From assembly GCA_030390025.1 (NCBI GenBank), contig CM059432.1, positions 41,976,001-42,040,000 of the forward strand: a DNA stretch of 64,000 nt, in the 5' to 3' direction. This DNA comes from Squalus acanthias (Eukaryota). Position 1 is the first letter of the stretch, and every line of letters begins with the position of its first letter. Positions 11,306-23,694 of the stretch are shown here, in pieces. The notes under the pieces were generated by a model, which worked only from the letters and a program-made list of their open reading frames with translations, made no database searches and was not told the DNA's origin. Made by a program: the position numbers and the translations under genes.

Positions 11306-13545
11306 GGGAACGGTAACATAGTGGTTATGTTACTGGACTAGTAATCCAGACTACTACCAATGATCAGGAGACGCGAGTTCAAATCCACGGCAGCTGTGGA
11401 ATTTAAATTCAGTTAATTAAATAATCTGGAATAAAAAACTAGTATCAGTAATGGTGACCATGAAACTACCGGATTGTCGTAAAAACCCATCTGGTTCACT
11501 AATGTCCTTAATATCTGCCGTCCTTACCTGGTCTGGCCTATGTGACTCCAGACCCACAGCAATGTGTTTGATTCTTAACTGCACTCTGAAATAGCCTAGC
11601 AAGCCACTCAGTTGTAACAAAGAAGCACCCGGCATCGCCCTAAGCACTGGCTTTGGACACGATAAAGGCATACCCAACCCAGTAGACCCTGCAAAGTCCT
11701 CCTCACGATCATCTAGGGGCTTGTGCCAAAAATTGGGAGAGCTGTCCCACACACTAGTCAAGCAACAGCCTGACATACTCACAGAATCATATCTTTCAGC
11801 CAATGTCACAGACTCCTCCATCACCATCTCTGGGTATGTCCTGTCCCACCGGCAGGACAGACCCACCAGAGGTGGCGGCACAGCGGTATACAATCGGGAA
11901 GGAGTGGCCCTGGGAGTCCTCAACATTGACTCCAGACCCCATGATGTCTCAAGGCTTCAGGTCAAAAATGGGCAAGGAAACCTTCTGCTGATTACCACCT
12001 ACCGCCCTCCTTCAGCAGATGAAACAGTGCTCCTCCATGTTGAACACCATTTGGAAGAAGCACTGAGGACAGCAAGGGCACAGAATGTACTCTGGGTGGG
12101 GGACTTCAATATCCATCACCAAGAGTAGCTCGGTAGCACCACTACTGACTGAGCTGCCCGAGTCCTGAAGGACATAGCTGCCAGATTGGCAATGCAGCAG
12201 GTGGTGAGAGAACCAATACTTGGGGAAAAACCTAGTTGACCTCGTCCTCACCAATCTACCTGTCGCAGATGCATCTGTCCATGACAGTATTGGTAGCAGT
12301 GACCACCGCACAGTCATTGTGGAGACGAAGTCCCGTCTTCACACTGAGGACACCCTCCATCGTGTTGTGTGGCACTACCACCGTGCTAAATGGGATAGAT
12401 TCAGAACAGATCCAGCAGCTCAAAACTGGGCATTCATGAGGTTCTGTGGGCCATCAGCAGCAGCAGAATTGTATTTCAACACAATTTGTAACCTCATGGC
12501 CAGGCACATCCCTCACTCTACCATTAACATCAAGCCAGGCGACAAACCCTGGTTCAATGAGGAGTGTAGAAGAGCATGCCAGGAGCAGCACCAGACGTAC
12601 CTAAAAATGAGGTGCCAATCTGGGGAAGCTGCAACACAAAACTACATGCATGCTAAACAACGGAAGCAGCATGCTATAGACAGAGCTAAGCGATCCCACA
12701 ACCAACGGATCAGATAAAAGATCAAAGCTCTGCAGTCCTGCCACATCCTGTTGTGAATGGTGCTGGACCATTAAACAACTGACAGGAGGAGGAGGCTCCA
12801 TGAACATTCCCATCCTCAATGATGGTGGATCCAAGCACGCAAGTGCAAAAGACAAGACTAAAGCGTTTGCAAACATCTTCAGGCAGAAGTGCCGAGTGGA
12901 TGATCCATCTCGGCCTCCTCCTGAGGTCCCCACCATCACAGAAGCCAGTCTTCAGCCAATTCGATTCACTCCAAGTGATATCAAGAAACAGCTGAGCACA
13001 CTGGATACAGCAAATGCTATGGGCCCCAACAACATTCCGACTGTCGTGTTGAAGACTTGTGCTCCAGAACTAGCCGCTCCTCTAGCTAAGCTGTTCCAGT
13101 ACAGCTACAACACTGGCATCTACCCGACAATGTGGAAAACTGCCCAGGTATGTCCTGTCCACAAAAAACAGGACAAATCCAATCCAGCCAATTACTGCCC
13201 CATCAGTCTACTTTCAATCATCAAGAAAAGTGATGGAAGATGTCATCAACAGCACTATCAAGCGGCACTTACTCACCAATAACCTGCTCACTGATGCTCA
13301 GTTTGGGTTCCGCCAGGACCACTCAGCTCCAGACCTCATTACAGCCTTGGTCTAAACATGGACAAAAGAGCTGAATTCCAGAGGTGAGCGGAGAGTGACT
13401 GCCCTTGACATCAAGGCAGCATTTGACCGAGTGTGGCATCAAGGAGCCCTCGTAAAATTTAAGACAATGGGAATCAAGGGGAAAACTCTCCACTGGCTGG
13501 AGTCATACCTAACACAAAGGAAGATGATTGTGGTTGTTGGAGGGC
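11306..13545 (+). mobile_element. CR1-group LINE with tRNA-like 5' head, no visible ORF1, 3'-truncated
   Basis: APE (ILTESYL, RQDRPTRGGG, VGDFN, SDH) and RT N-terminus (ANYCPISLLS, LDIKAAFDRVWH) with stops; A/B boxes at 11312-11386. Confidence 0.8.
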
Positions 13546-14276
13546 AATTATATAAAATCTACATGGTTGCAGTGTATGGGTTTCTCAATGAAAGCAACTG
13601 GTAAGTTGTACTGAAGTCTACACAATTACTTTATTTTGAGATTTAAACCATTTGTAGCCAAGGATAAAAGGCAGAATTGTAGTGAATTTCAAAATGCACC
13701 AAATTAAGCATTTAACATTTTTTACTGAGTGCGCATACACCCCTCTAAGAATAAGTCATGTGCCTTATATCGCTCTTTAGGCTTTCCTGTACTTAAGTTG
13801 AGTTTCATTTAAGGTAAATGAAGAAATGCTGAGTATACCTAGAACTCAAATGGCAATAAACTCAGTTTAATTTATAATACACATATATCTCGCCTCACTT
13901 TGAGTGTAATTACTTGTACTTGCCTGTCATATTTAGAGCTAATTTTGAGTTGTCAGCATTTCTGGGGCTGTCAGCTTTTTTGAAGCTGTTCAACTTTTGC
14001 TTATTTTCTAGCAACAAATTTGTCATGTAAATAAGATCAGTTGTTCAGTCCAGTATGGATTAGAGAGTTCAAAGACTAAACAAATTACTTTGTGAACATT
14101 GGACCAAAGTAATTTTTAGCCCCTGTGCAACTATGAAGTAAAAATACCAATTAAAAAAAAATGTAGCACAAACTCAAATGGATTTTAATGGTGCACATCT
14201 ATTTTAGTTCCGAAAATCCATTTTTAAAATGAGGTATATTAGCGCTCAGTTTTACAATGACAAAATGTTAGTAATT

Positions 14277-14725
14277 ACATAAGAACATAAGAAATAGGAG
14301 CAGGAGTAGGCCATTTGGCCCTTCAAGCCTGCTCCGCCATTCAATGAGATCATGGCTGATCTTCTGCCTCAACTCCATTCACCGGCCCTATCGCCATATC
14401 CCTTGATGCCCTTACTAGTCAGAAATCTATTGACTTCTGTTTTGAATATACCCAATGACTGAGCCTCCACAGCCCTCTGGGGTAGAGAATTCCAAAGATT
14501 CACCACCCTCTGTGTGAAGAAATTTCTTCTCATCTCAGTCCTGAATGGCCTACCCTTTATCCTGAGGCTGTGGCCCCTGGTTCTAGACTCCCCAGCCAAG
14601 GGAAACATTCTCCCAGCATCCACGCTATCAAGCACTGCAATTATTTTGTATGCTTCAATGAGATCCCCTCTCATTCTTCTGAATTCAAGAGAATACAGGC
14701 CTAGTTTACTCAATCTCTTCTCATA
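14277..14725 (-). mobile_element. CR1 3' fragment, same subfamily as 45611-48895
   Basis: Near-identical to 45611-46055; C-terminus ...KGIKGYGDRAGEWS; (cataagaa)n tail. Confidence 0.9.
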
Positions 14726-14807
14726 ATTGCGCATGAATGCAAAGTTACCATAGTAATTACAAAAAAATGTGCCTAATGCGTTTTTACTTTATTAAAGTGG
14801 AAAGTTA

Positions 14808-15793
14808 ATGATTTATATTATCGATTTAGACTTTGGAATCAAAAACACGATTTCTAAATTTGCGGATGACACCAATTTGGGGGGGTGGGGGGGGGAAGAG
14901 ATAGGCAATACTGAGGAGGACTGCAAAAAATTACAAGACGACATTAATAAACTTGCAGAATGGGCATATAATTGGAAAATGAATTTCAACACATAAATTT
15001 GAGGTATTACATTTTGGTAAGAAAAATAGGGAGGTCACATATTACTTGGAAAATACGAATCTAAATGGGGTACAAGAGCAAAGGGATCTCGGAGTACAAA
15101 TACATAAATCACTAAAAGTAGCGACACAGGTTAACAAGGCCATAAAAAAGCAAACCAAGCACGAGGGTTTATTTCTAGAGAGATTGAATTGATAGGAAGA
15201 GAAGTTATGCTAAACATGTATCAAACCTTGGTTAGACCACACTTGGGAGTACTGCATACAATTCTGGTCACCATATTATAAAAAAGATAGAGGCTCTGGA
15301 GAGGGTACAAAAAAGATTTACAAGGATGATACCAGAAATGCGAGGGTATACCCATCAGGAAAGGATGAACAGCCTGGGTCTCTTTTCTTTTGAACGCTGA
15401 GGGGTGGTCAAATAGAGGTCTTAAAATTATGAAAGGTTTTGATAGAGTAGATACAGTGAGAGTGTTTCCACTTGTGGGAAAGAACAAAACTAGAGGCCAT
15501 CAATATAAGATAGTCACCAAGAAATCAATAGGGAATTCAGAAGAAACTTCTTTACCCAGAGAGTGGTGAGAATGTAGAACTCACTACCATAGGGAGCGGT
15601 TGAAGTGAATAGTATAGATACATTTAAGGGGAGGCTAGATAAGCATATGAGGGAGAAGGGAATAGAGGGTTATGCTGATAAAGTTAGATAAGGAAAGACA
15701 GGAGGAGGCTCAAGTGGGGCATAAACGCCGGCATGAACTGGTTGGGCCGAATGTCCTGTTTCTGTGCTGTATATCCTATGTAATCCTATGTAA
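14808..15793 (+). mobile_element. 5'-truncated degenerate CR1
   Basis: ISKFADDT motif, downstream RT homology, (tcctatgtaa)n tail. Confidence 0.85.
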
Positions 15794-15822
15794 AGTGGCT
15801 CTCTGGCAGTACTAATCACCTA

Positions 15823-16237
15823 AGTGTCAGCCGTTGTGGGATTTAAGCACATAAATCTAGGCTGACACTCCAGTGCAGTGCTGAGGGAGTGCTGCACTGT
15901 TGGAGGTGCTGTCTTTCGGATGAGACGTTAAACTGAGGCCCTGTCTGCTCTCTCGGGTGGACGTAAAAGATCCCATGGCACTATTTCGAAGAGGAGCAGG
16001 GGAGTTATTTCCGGTGTCCTGGCCAATATTTATTCCTCAATCAACATCACCAAAAACAGATTATCTGGTCATTATCACATTGCTATTTGTGGGAGTTTGC
16101 TGTGCGCAGATTGGCTGCCGCATTTCCCACATTACAACAGTGACTACACTCCAAAAGTACTTCATTGGCTGTAAAGTGCTTTGAGACGTCCGGTGGTTGT
16201 GAAAGGCGCTATATAAATGCAAGTCTTTCTTTCTTTC
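15823..16237 (+). mobile_element. DeuSINE-type SINE (SacSINE1/AmnSINE1-like)
   Basis: Central domain (gtgcagtgctgagggagtgctgcac...gatcccatggcactattt) and L2-like tail gctatataaatgcaagtctttc. Confidence 0.75.
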
Positions 16238-16943
16238 ATTATTTTTTGAATTATCTTTGTTTGTGAAATCCTGTAAGCATCCACTTCAGATAGCCTTCTG
16301 CATATCTTCAGCAAATGTTGGATCCTCTTATTTTTGATCTGAGATGCAGTGGAACAAATACACTTTTTTTTTAAAGATTTGCAAAAATCTGTGCAATGAA
16401 TTAAAAGACTCCTGCAGCAGATGTGATGAAAGGGATTCACTACCTGATATCACTAGCAGATTTTCTCCATATATGCTAGAAAAGGGAACATAGAGGATGG
16501 GGTAGAAGTTGTTTAATCATGTTTCTGAACGTGTCAATTTTGTATTGAAATGACATTTCATCAGATATGTGAAGGAGCCACGAAGCAATCCAAGATTGGT
16601 GATATATATATATAAAAAAAACACTGTCTTGAGCATGCTTATGAAGTCTGATAAGAATCTGGTTTCAGTCCTTACAAGTTACTAAGTTGACAAATTATTG
16701 TTCATATAAATAGATAGTTTCAAAGTAAGGGAGTTAAAAAATGTTAAATGCAGGGAACTGAAATTAATCAAGTTTGCTTACAGAAAATGTAATTAGAACT
16801 TGTTATGCTCTAACACAACCACTCTTGTATTACATGTTGGAAAAAAAATCAACATTACAAATATACTGTTACTATAACATTTTTTGTGTACATACTTTAA
16901 AATCAACTCCGATTGTTCTTGCTACAATGCATGCTAGACTTAC

Positions 16944-17012
16944 CTTTTTTAGCTTGGTTATTGAACCGTATTTCTTCAAAGGTTCTACAACTTTAGCTTC
17001 TAGCCTTTCAAC
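16944..17012 (-). CDS. CIBAR1: CIBAR1/FAM92A coding exon 3
   Basis: tgcag|VERLEAKVVEPLKKYGSITKLKK|gtaagt, 69 nt, phase 0/0. Confidence 0.93.
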
Positions 17013-18424
17013 CTGCACAACCAAACAGCAAATTGTAAACTGCTAAGAACAGTAAGTGAAATGACAGTTATTAGAGGTAGTAGGCAATTTCACAGATAAG
17101 AGATCAGTGACTAGCAAAAGTAATTCACAGAATGTTGCTAGTATTTTGCCACGAAGGTAGTAATGAATTGTAAACAGCCATTATATATTTTTATTCTAAA
17201 CCCCTAAAATCATATTAGTTTGGGCAGTTCACCTCCAGTTATTCAACAAAACAATCACTCATTACTTTCTGCTACACATCCTGGAGATTCATTTGACTGA
17301 GTTAACTGTACCCACAGGTCAACAAAGATGAGCCTGTATGAGACCAATAACCATTCCAAAATTCACATTGCTACCTACTAACAAGTTCATTAAACACATT
17401 GCAATGCTCAGTGTAGCAAATGAAAATACATTTTAAAAATGTTAATGGAACTGATGGTTCATTCTCTGCGTCCTAGTTACTTCTTTTCAATATACTTTAA
17501 CCTGCAACCATTTTTCTAGCCAACTTGTGAAGCTGATACACTGTGATGAGGGAAGCATGTCTGATTTCTAACATTGATGTAATGGGATTGGTTTGTTTAA
17601 TTACTATACAAATAAAATTATATATAGATAAAAAAATTGCCGTTTAAACTGACAATTCAATCACACTGACAACAACGTAAGGAAGCAGACGTGCACCCAG
17701 GGTCCCCTTGGCTAGCTCATCCTAGAGGGCTCACTGCACTATGGAGGATAGGGTTAGATGAAGAGGGGTGGGAGGAGGCTCATGTGGAGCATAAAGGCCG
17801 GCATAAACCAGTTGGGCCGAATGGCCTGTTTCTGTGCTGTAAATTCTATGTATGTATTTCTAATCTAGGATTCTTAAATCATGTCTGGATACGAAAATGT
17901 AAATTATGAATATTTCAATTATTGGCATTACATTTTTCAGAGACAAAACATCTGGACAACATTCAGCAACAAATCTTTTTAGAAGGCCCTTAAGGTCAGC
18001 AGTATCAGGGCTAGGAATGGAACACAATCTACTTTTTGCACCTAGCTACTCTAGGTGAGGTATAGCATAGGTATGCTGGTGGAAAATGTTCTCTCAACAT
18101 TGGCCCAAAGTGCCTTAACCATTCCAACTTCAGTAGAGCACGCCCCAGTGCCCCATTTTCAGTTCCCACTTTTGCAATCCTTATGCCTCTCTGAGTGAGA
18201 CTGCCAGTTGGTGCTGAATCACGAACAGTTTGTTGCTTTGGAGTTACATCCACTAAGAACTTAGTTGAAAAACTGCTGGCAGAGAAAAGAGACTTTCATT
18301 CCATTATAGTGGACTTCATGTCAAATCCAAATCTCAGAAGTGAAAAGACAGTGTTGTAACATGATGTACTGATAAATGTAAAAATGTTGAGAATGCATTT
18401 AAACAAATAATTTTAGCTGCTCAC

Positions 18425-18659
18425 CTCTGCGTGTCGATAATCTTGAACTAAAGCATAGTGATCTGCAAAGCTACTCAAACCATATTTTAAATTAGGAGTT
18501 TCTGTATTTGCATACTCTCGGAGTTCTTTAACCAGGAGGTCAGACTTATCGCGTAGTCTTGCAGTTTTTCGTGCATAGGCTGCAAATAAGCTGCACAATT
18601 CACCAAAGTGTTTTTCCACATTTGCAACAGTATTCTGAATATATTTGGTTTGACTGTCC
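18425..18659 (-). CDS. CIBAR1: CIBAR1/FAM92A coding exon 2 (BAR domain)
   Basis: ttttcag|G GAC AGT CAA... encodes DSQTKYIQNTVANVEKHFGELCSLFAAYARKTARLRDKSDLLVKELREYANTETPNLKYGLSSFADHYALVQDYRHAE|gtgagc; FAM92 family signature, closer to FAM92A than FAM92B. Confidence 0.93.
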
Positions 18660-19367
18660 CTGAAAAAAAAGTGATTTTACTTTGAGTTCAAAGAAAATTA
18701 TGAAGCATTTATAGAATTAATTTAAATTGTCATAGAGGATCTCTTATGACAACAAACAAATGTAGTCTGTTGTGTGGAGTGATACGCATTTGTGATGTCT
18801 CCCGGTCAACTTGGCTTGTCCTTTTAGGGTCACTGCTCAAGTACTTACTGTGGAAATCCAGGTAATTGCAGAGTCTTCTAAATTAGTGAGGTGAGGGGGG
18901 AGGGGGAATTTAGAAGAAAGCAAATCAGGAGGGCCCCTTGCTCATTTTTTCCCCTCCTCCACAATGCCATCCAAGGTCAGTTTAGCAGTGATCAACTTTC
19001 TGTACCACACCATTTAGCATTGAGTCATCAGGGAAGCCCCAAACATTTTGGCCTGAATTTCCGCAGGGTTCTCCCGATCTCTTGCTCTAACTTTGGAAGA
19101 ACAACTAGAGAAATGGCGAAAATGGTTGCTATTAACTGTTTCTCCAGGGATGTCACAATCCCCCACGAGAGGACCTCCACAGAAATGTCAGGTTTTTCTT
19201 TCTTGTCTTATACAACATTAGATGTGTTGACTGCATCACCTTAGATCAGAAAATTGACTAAGTGTGTGAATAAACACAAATGGCCTTATTTGCTGTTTTT
19301 AAATTACCCTAGAAATTTATTAGGCCTAAAGCTACACTACGCAACATTGGGGAAAAGTGTTCATGTA

Positions 19368-20083
19368 GGGCCAAAAATTGCGGTTGGAGGCGTACCGCCG
19401 GAGTACGCCTTCGACCCACGAAAGAATTACCCACCTACCTGATGGCGGCGAGGGTGCAAAAACCTGCAGTCTGAGGATGTGAGGCGGAGGGCAGCGTAAT
19501 GGCCTATGGATCCCAGGGACGCAGGTGGTGAGGAAGCGTACCTGGGATCACATGGGCCTGGTCCAACAATCAGAAAGCAGAATTTGATTTTAATAATTTC
19601 CGAAGGGAATCCCGAAATCAGATCTAATTACAATTTACAGAATTGGAACTTAAATTGCAATTTGCTTCATTCCACCAACCTCACTAAAAATTTAATTTTT
19701 TTGATAATTTTCATCATTAAAACTGTAATCCGAGCCAATATTTGCAGAAACTCATTTGATACAGTGTATGTGTATAATTTCTGATATAAAAGTGGTTCAA
19801 TCATGCCTGAAAAAAAATCCCCTTACGCTGATGCAAACAGGCCCTGAACCTGTTTGCATCAACCGTAACATTTCCATGCGCAATTGCTGGCCAGTCGGTG
19901 GGCAAATAGCCCAACTCTGCACCAGCAATTGTTTTTTTGTGGCCCGCGCGGATGGCCTGTCAACGCATACATTGACAGACCGCAAGTTCTAGATTTCGCA
20001 CATGCGGAAATCCCGAACTTGCGGTGGATTTCAAAGGAGGTACTCTGAGAATACGCCACCATACCGACCGCAAAATCCGGACC
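19368..20083. mobile_element. Probable non-autonomous DNA transposon (Harbinger-like MITE)
   Basis: Imperfect TIRs GGGCCAAAAATTGCGGTTGG / CCGACCGCAAAATCCGGACC; TSD not clean. Confidence 0.55.
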
Positions 20084-20559
20084 ATGATAGCAACATCTGA
20101 CACCCAAGGTTACAACAACATTATGTATGTCTGACATAATTACATGAGCCCCCATTTGGGATGGGAAAGAGGTGACTATAACTATACCAGGCCCATTCAG
20201 GAAGGGTTCTAGACTATAACTACGCTCGTCCCCCTTCGCGGAGGATTGGTCTCACAATTTAACTACATGAGTAGGAGACCCTGCTTCCAGTGGGAAGTCT
20301 CGCTCACTGGAAGCCCGTTATCGGAAATCCTGGAGTGCTGTGCCCACGATTTCTGGCTATTAAAATGAATGGGCAGAAAATTCTGGGCACTGCGTTTCCG
20401 AATTTCTTACTTGCGCTCTAAGGGGCGAGGCTCCGTGTCGGAAACAGACATAAAATTACCCCCATAACCGGGTAGGGGGGTCTCAAATGATTGCCATATT
20501 AGGCACTTTATTGCTGCGCCCCCTTTGTAAACAAACTATTGCGTTTATTTATCTCTAAA

Positions 20560-20940
20560 CAGCATTTGGTATTGCAGGTTCCCGAACCCGCGAACCTACT
20601 CTGCAGCAGCAACAGCAGCAGCAGCAGGGAGACAAGGCCTTTTAATGGGGCCTCGCACTTTCCTATAGACGGAGACCGGGAACCAACCGGTCCGCGGCAC
20701 AGTGAGGGCAGTCTTTACCTGGCTCGCGTGTCCTGGTCACGGGCCTGGAACATGACGGCTCCCCCTTGCGAAGGTGCGAGGGGAAAGGAGGCCGGAACCC
20801 TGGCCGATCAGTCGGAGCCGCGACGAGCCTGCGCCATGGATCACCCGCTCAGCCAGTGAGGAGTCGCCCCGTTACCATAGCACCCGCCTCGCGCCCACCC
20901 AAGTCCCCGCCGACTGGAGCGCGTGCGGGGTACAGCTGGC
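20560..20940. promoter_or_regulatory. CpG island / CIBAR1 promoter with X-box-like motif
   Basis: GC- and CpG-dense non-repetitive segment around exon 1; GTTACCATAGCAC at 20871-20883. Confidence 0.7.
20719..20753 (-). CDS. CIBAR1: CIBAR1/FAM92A coding exon 1 (MFQARDQDTRA-R)
   Basis: ATG at 20753 (gtcATG) in a CpG-rich region; ends AG|gtaaag in phase 2, matching the phase-2 acceptor of exon 2; resembles fish FAM92A N-termini as I recall them. Confidence 0.8.
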
Positions 20941-21991
20941 ATTGCATGATCAAAAAGAATGCAAGCCACTGTAAACTCCTTATAAACTGCTGCAGTGGTG
21001 GAATGCAGCAAAATAGGTTACAGTTCTCAATCAGAATGACTGATGCTTCTGACAGGTCTTTAGATATATTTTATGCTTTCCACGAATATTGGGTGAATTG
21101 ACCTTATTTTGTAGAATTTAAGGTCCCAAATCATAATGTCAGCACTTTGCTGGTGAACTCTCTGTGGAATATGAATTGTTAAGAAGAGGAAAGAGGCTAC
21201 AGGACCCACATAATAAATCTGCTTTGATTGACATCCTATGTGACCGTGGGAAACTATCCCTCCTCCTCCTTCTCGACCTGTCTGCAGCCTTTGACATGGT
21301 TGACCACACCATCCTCCTCCAATGCCTCTCGTCCGTCATCGAGCTGGGTGGGACTGCCCTCGCCTGGTTCCATTCTTATCTATCCAGTCATAGACAGAGA
21401 ATAATCTGCAATTACTTTTCTTCCCGCTGCCACACGGTTACCTCTGGAGTCCCCCAAGAATCTATCCTTGCCCCCCTCCTATTTCTCATCTACATATTGC
21501 CCCTGGGCAACATTATCCAAAAACGCGTCATCAGTTTCCACATGTACGCTGATGACACCCAGCTCTACCTCACCACCACCTCTCTCGACTGCTCCACTGT
21601 CTCTAATTTGTCACACTGCTTGTCCAACATACAGTCCTGGATGAGCAGAAATTTCCTCCAACTAAATCTTGGGAAGACTGAAGCCATTGTCTTCGGTCCC
21701 CACCACAAACTCCGTTCCCTAGCCACCGACTCCATCCCTCTCCCTGGCAACTGTCTGAGGCTGAACCAGACCGTTCGCAACCTTGGTCTCGTATTTGACC
21801 CTGAGATGAGCTTCCAACCACATATCCACTCCATCACCAAGACCGCCTACTTCCACCTCCGTAACAGTGGCCGACTCCACTCCTACCTCAGCTTATCTAC
21901 TCCTGAAACCGTCATCCATGCCTTTGTTACCTCTAGACTTGTCTATTCCAATGAACTCCCGGCCGGCCTCCCATATTCCACCCTACATAAA

Positions 21992-23216
21992 CTGGAAATC
22001 CGAAATAACAACAGAAAACGCTGGAAAAACTCAGCAGGCGAGGCAGCATCCATGGAGAGAGAAACAGAGTTAACGTTTCAGGTCGAGACCTTTCGTCAGA
22101 ACTGGAAACAGCAGGAAATCCAATAGATTTAAGGCAAGGATAAAGCTGGGAAAAGTGGGAGGGGATGAAAGAACAAAAGGAGAGATTAAGAGACATTAAG
22201 AGACCTTAAGAGATATTCAAGGCAAGAGGTGGTGTTAATGTGATAGGTTAAGGCTAATAGAAGTGTGAAATGCACTGGCAGAATGAAGGACAGCTGCCAG
22301 CTTCTAGGAGGGAAAAAAAGGGGGGGGCAAACAAAAGGGTGGATGAAAAAATAAAATATAAATGTGATTGGGGCTGAGGTTATGATCTAAAATTGTTGAA
22401 CTCGATATTGAGTCCAGAGGGCTGTAGCGTGCCTAAACGAAAGATGAGGTGCTGTTCCTCGAGCTTACGCTGCGCTTCCGTGGAACAGTGTAATAGGCCG
22501 AGGACGGTGAGGTCAGAGTGGGAGTGAAGCGGTGAATTAAAGTGACAGGCGACCGGGAGCTCGGGGTCCCCCTTACGGACTGAACGGAGGTGTTCCGCAA
22601 TGTGGTCACCCAATCTGCGTTTGGTCTCCCCAATGTAGAGGAGACCACATCGTGAGCAGCGAATACAGTATACTAAATTGCAGGAAGTACAAGTAAATCG
22701 CTGTTTCACCTGGAAGGGGTGTTTGGGGCCCTGGACAGTGGGAAGAGGGGAGGTATAAGGGCATGTGTTGCATCTCCTGTGCTTGCACGAGAAGGTGCCG
22801 GGCGAAGGAGAAGGGGTGCTGGGGGTGGTAGAGGAGTGGACTAGGGTGTCGCGGAGGGAGCGGTCCCTGCGGAATGCTGAAAGGGGAGGTGAGGGGAAGA
22901 TGCGTTTGGTGGTGGGATCACGCTGGAGGTGGCGGAAATGGCGGAGGATGATCCGTTGAATGTGGAGGCTGGTAGGGTGAAAGGTGAGGACAAGGGGAAC
23001 TCTATCGTGGTTCCGGGAGGGAGGGGTGAGGGCAGAAGTGCGGGAGATAGAACGGACACGGTCGAGGGCCGTGTCGACCACGGTAGAGGGGAATCCTCGG
23101 TTGAGGAAAAAGGAAGACATGTCGGAAGCACTGGTATGGAAGGTGGCATCATCAGAGCAGATGCGGCGGAAACATTATTTCGGATTTCCAGCATCTGCAG
23201 TATTTTGCTATCGTAT
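21992..23216 (-). mobile_element. Penelope-like element, 5'-truncated with short inverted end
   Basis: ORF 22380-23120 with RT C-terminus, CxxC linker and GIY-YIG (VYCIRC...YIGETKRRL...HFN...GLN); ctggaaatccgaaataa at 21992 inverted at ~23174-23190. Confidence 0.9.
22068..22103 (-). ncRNA. Minimal type I hammerhead ribozyme, intact core
   Basis: AGTT-CTGACGA-A-AGGTC-tc-GACCT-GAAACGTT-AACT: stems I and II pair; stem III is a palindromic AACGTT; predicted GUU cleavage triplet. Confidence 0.8.
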
Positions 23217-23694
23217 AAGTTCATCTGAAACTCTGCTGCCTGTGTCCTGACTCGCACCAAGTCCTGTTCACCCATCACCCCTGTGCTCGCTGGCCTACAT
23301 TGGCTCCCAGTCTGGCAATGCCTCAATTTTAAAATTCTCACCCTTGTTTTCAATTCCCTCCATGACCTCGCCCTCCCTATTTCTGTAATCTCCTCCAGCC
23401 CTACAACCCTCTGAGATATTTGCGCTCCACCAATTCTGCTCTCATGCGCATCCCCGATTTTAATCGCTCCACCATTGGCGGCCGTGCCTTCTGCTGCCAA
23501 GACCCTGAGCGCTGGAATTCACTCCCTAAGCCTCTCCATCTCTCTACCGCTCTCTCCTACTTTAAGACGCTCCTTAAAACCTACCTTTTGTACAAGTTTT
23601 TGGTCATCTGTCCTAATATCTCCTTATGTGGCTCGGTGCAAATTTTGTTTGATAACGCTCCTGTGAAGTGCCTTGGGACGTTTTACTACATTAA

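Noticed and set aside
11312..11390. Functional tRNA-Thr gene
   Set aside because: Oversized D-stem, long insert before the T-arm and no clean acceptor stem; treated as a retroposon head.
20836..20860. First exon of a divergent gene (ATGGATCACCCGCTCAGCCA|gtgag)
   Set aside because: No recognisable downstream plus-strand exons were found; it cannot be supported without transcripts.
21164..22126. Intact 320-aa gene
   Set aside because: A chimeric frame of L2 RT reading into a Penelope end.
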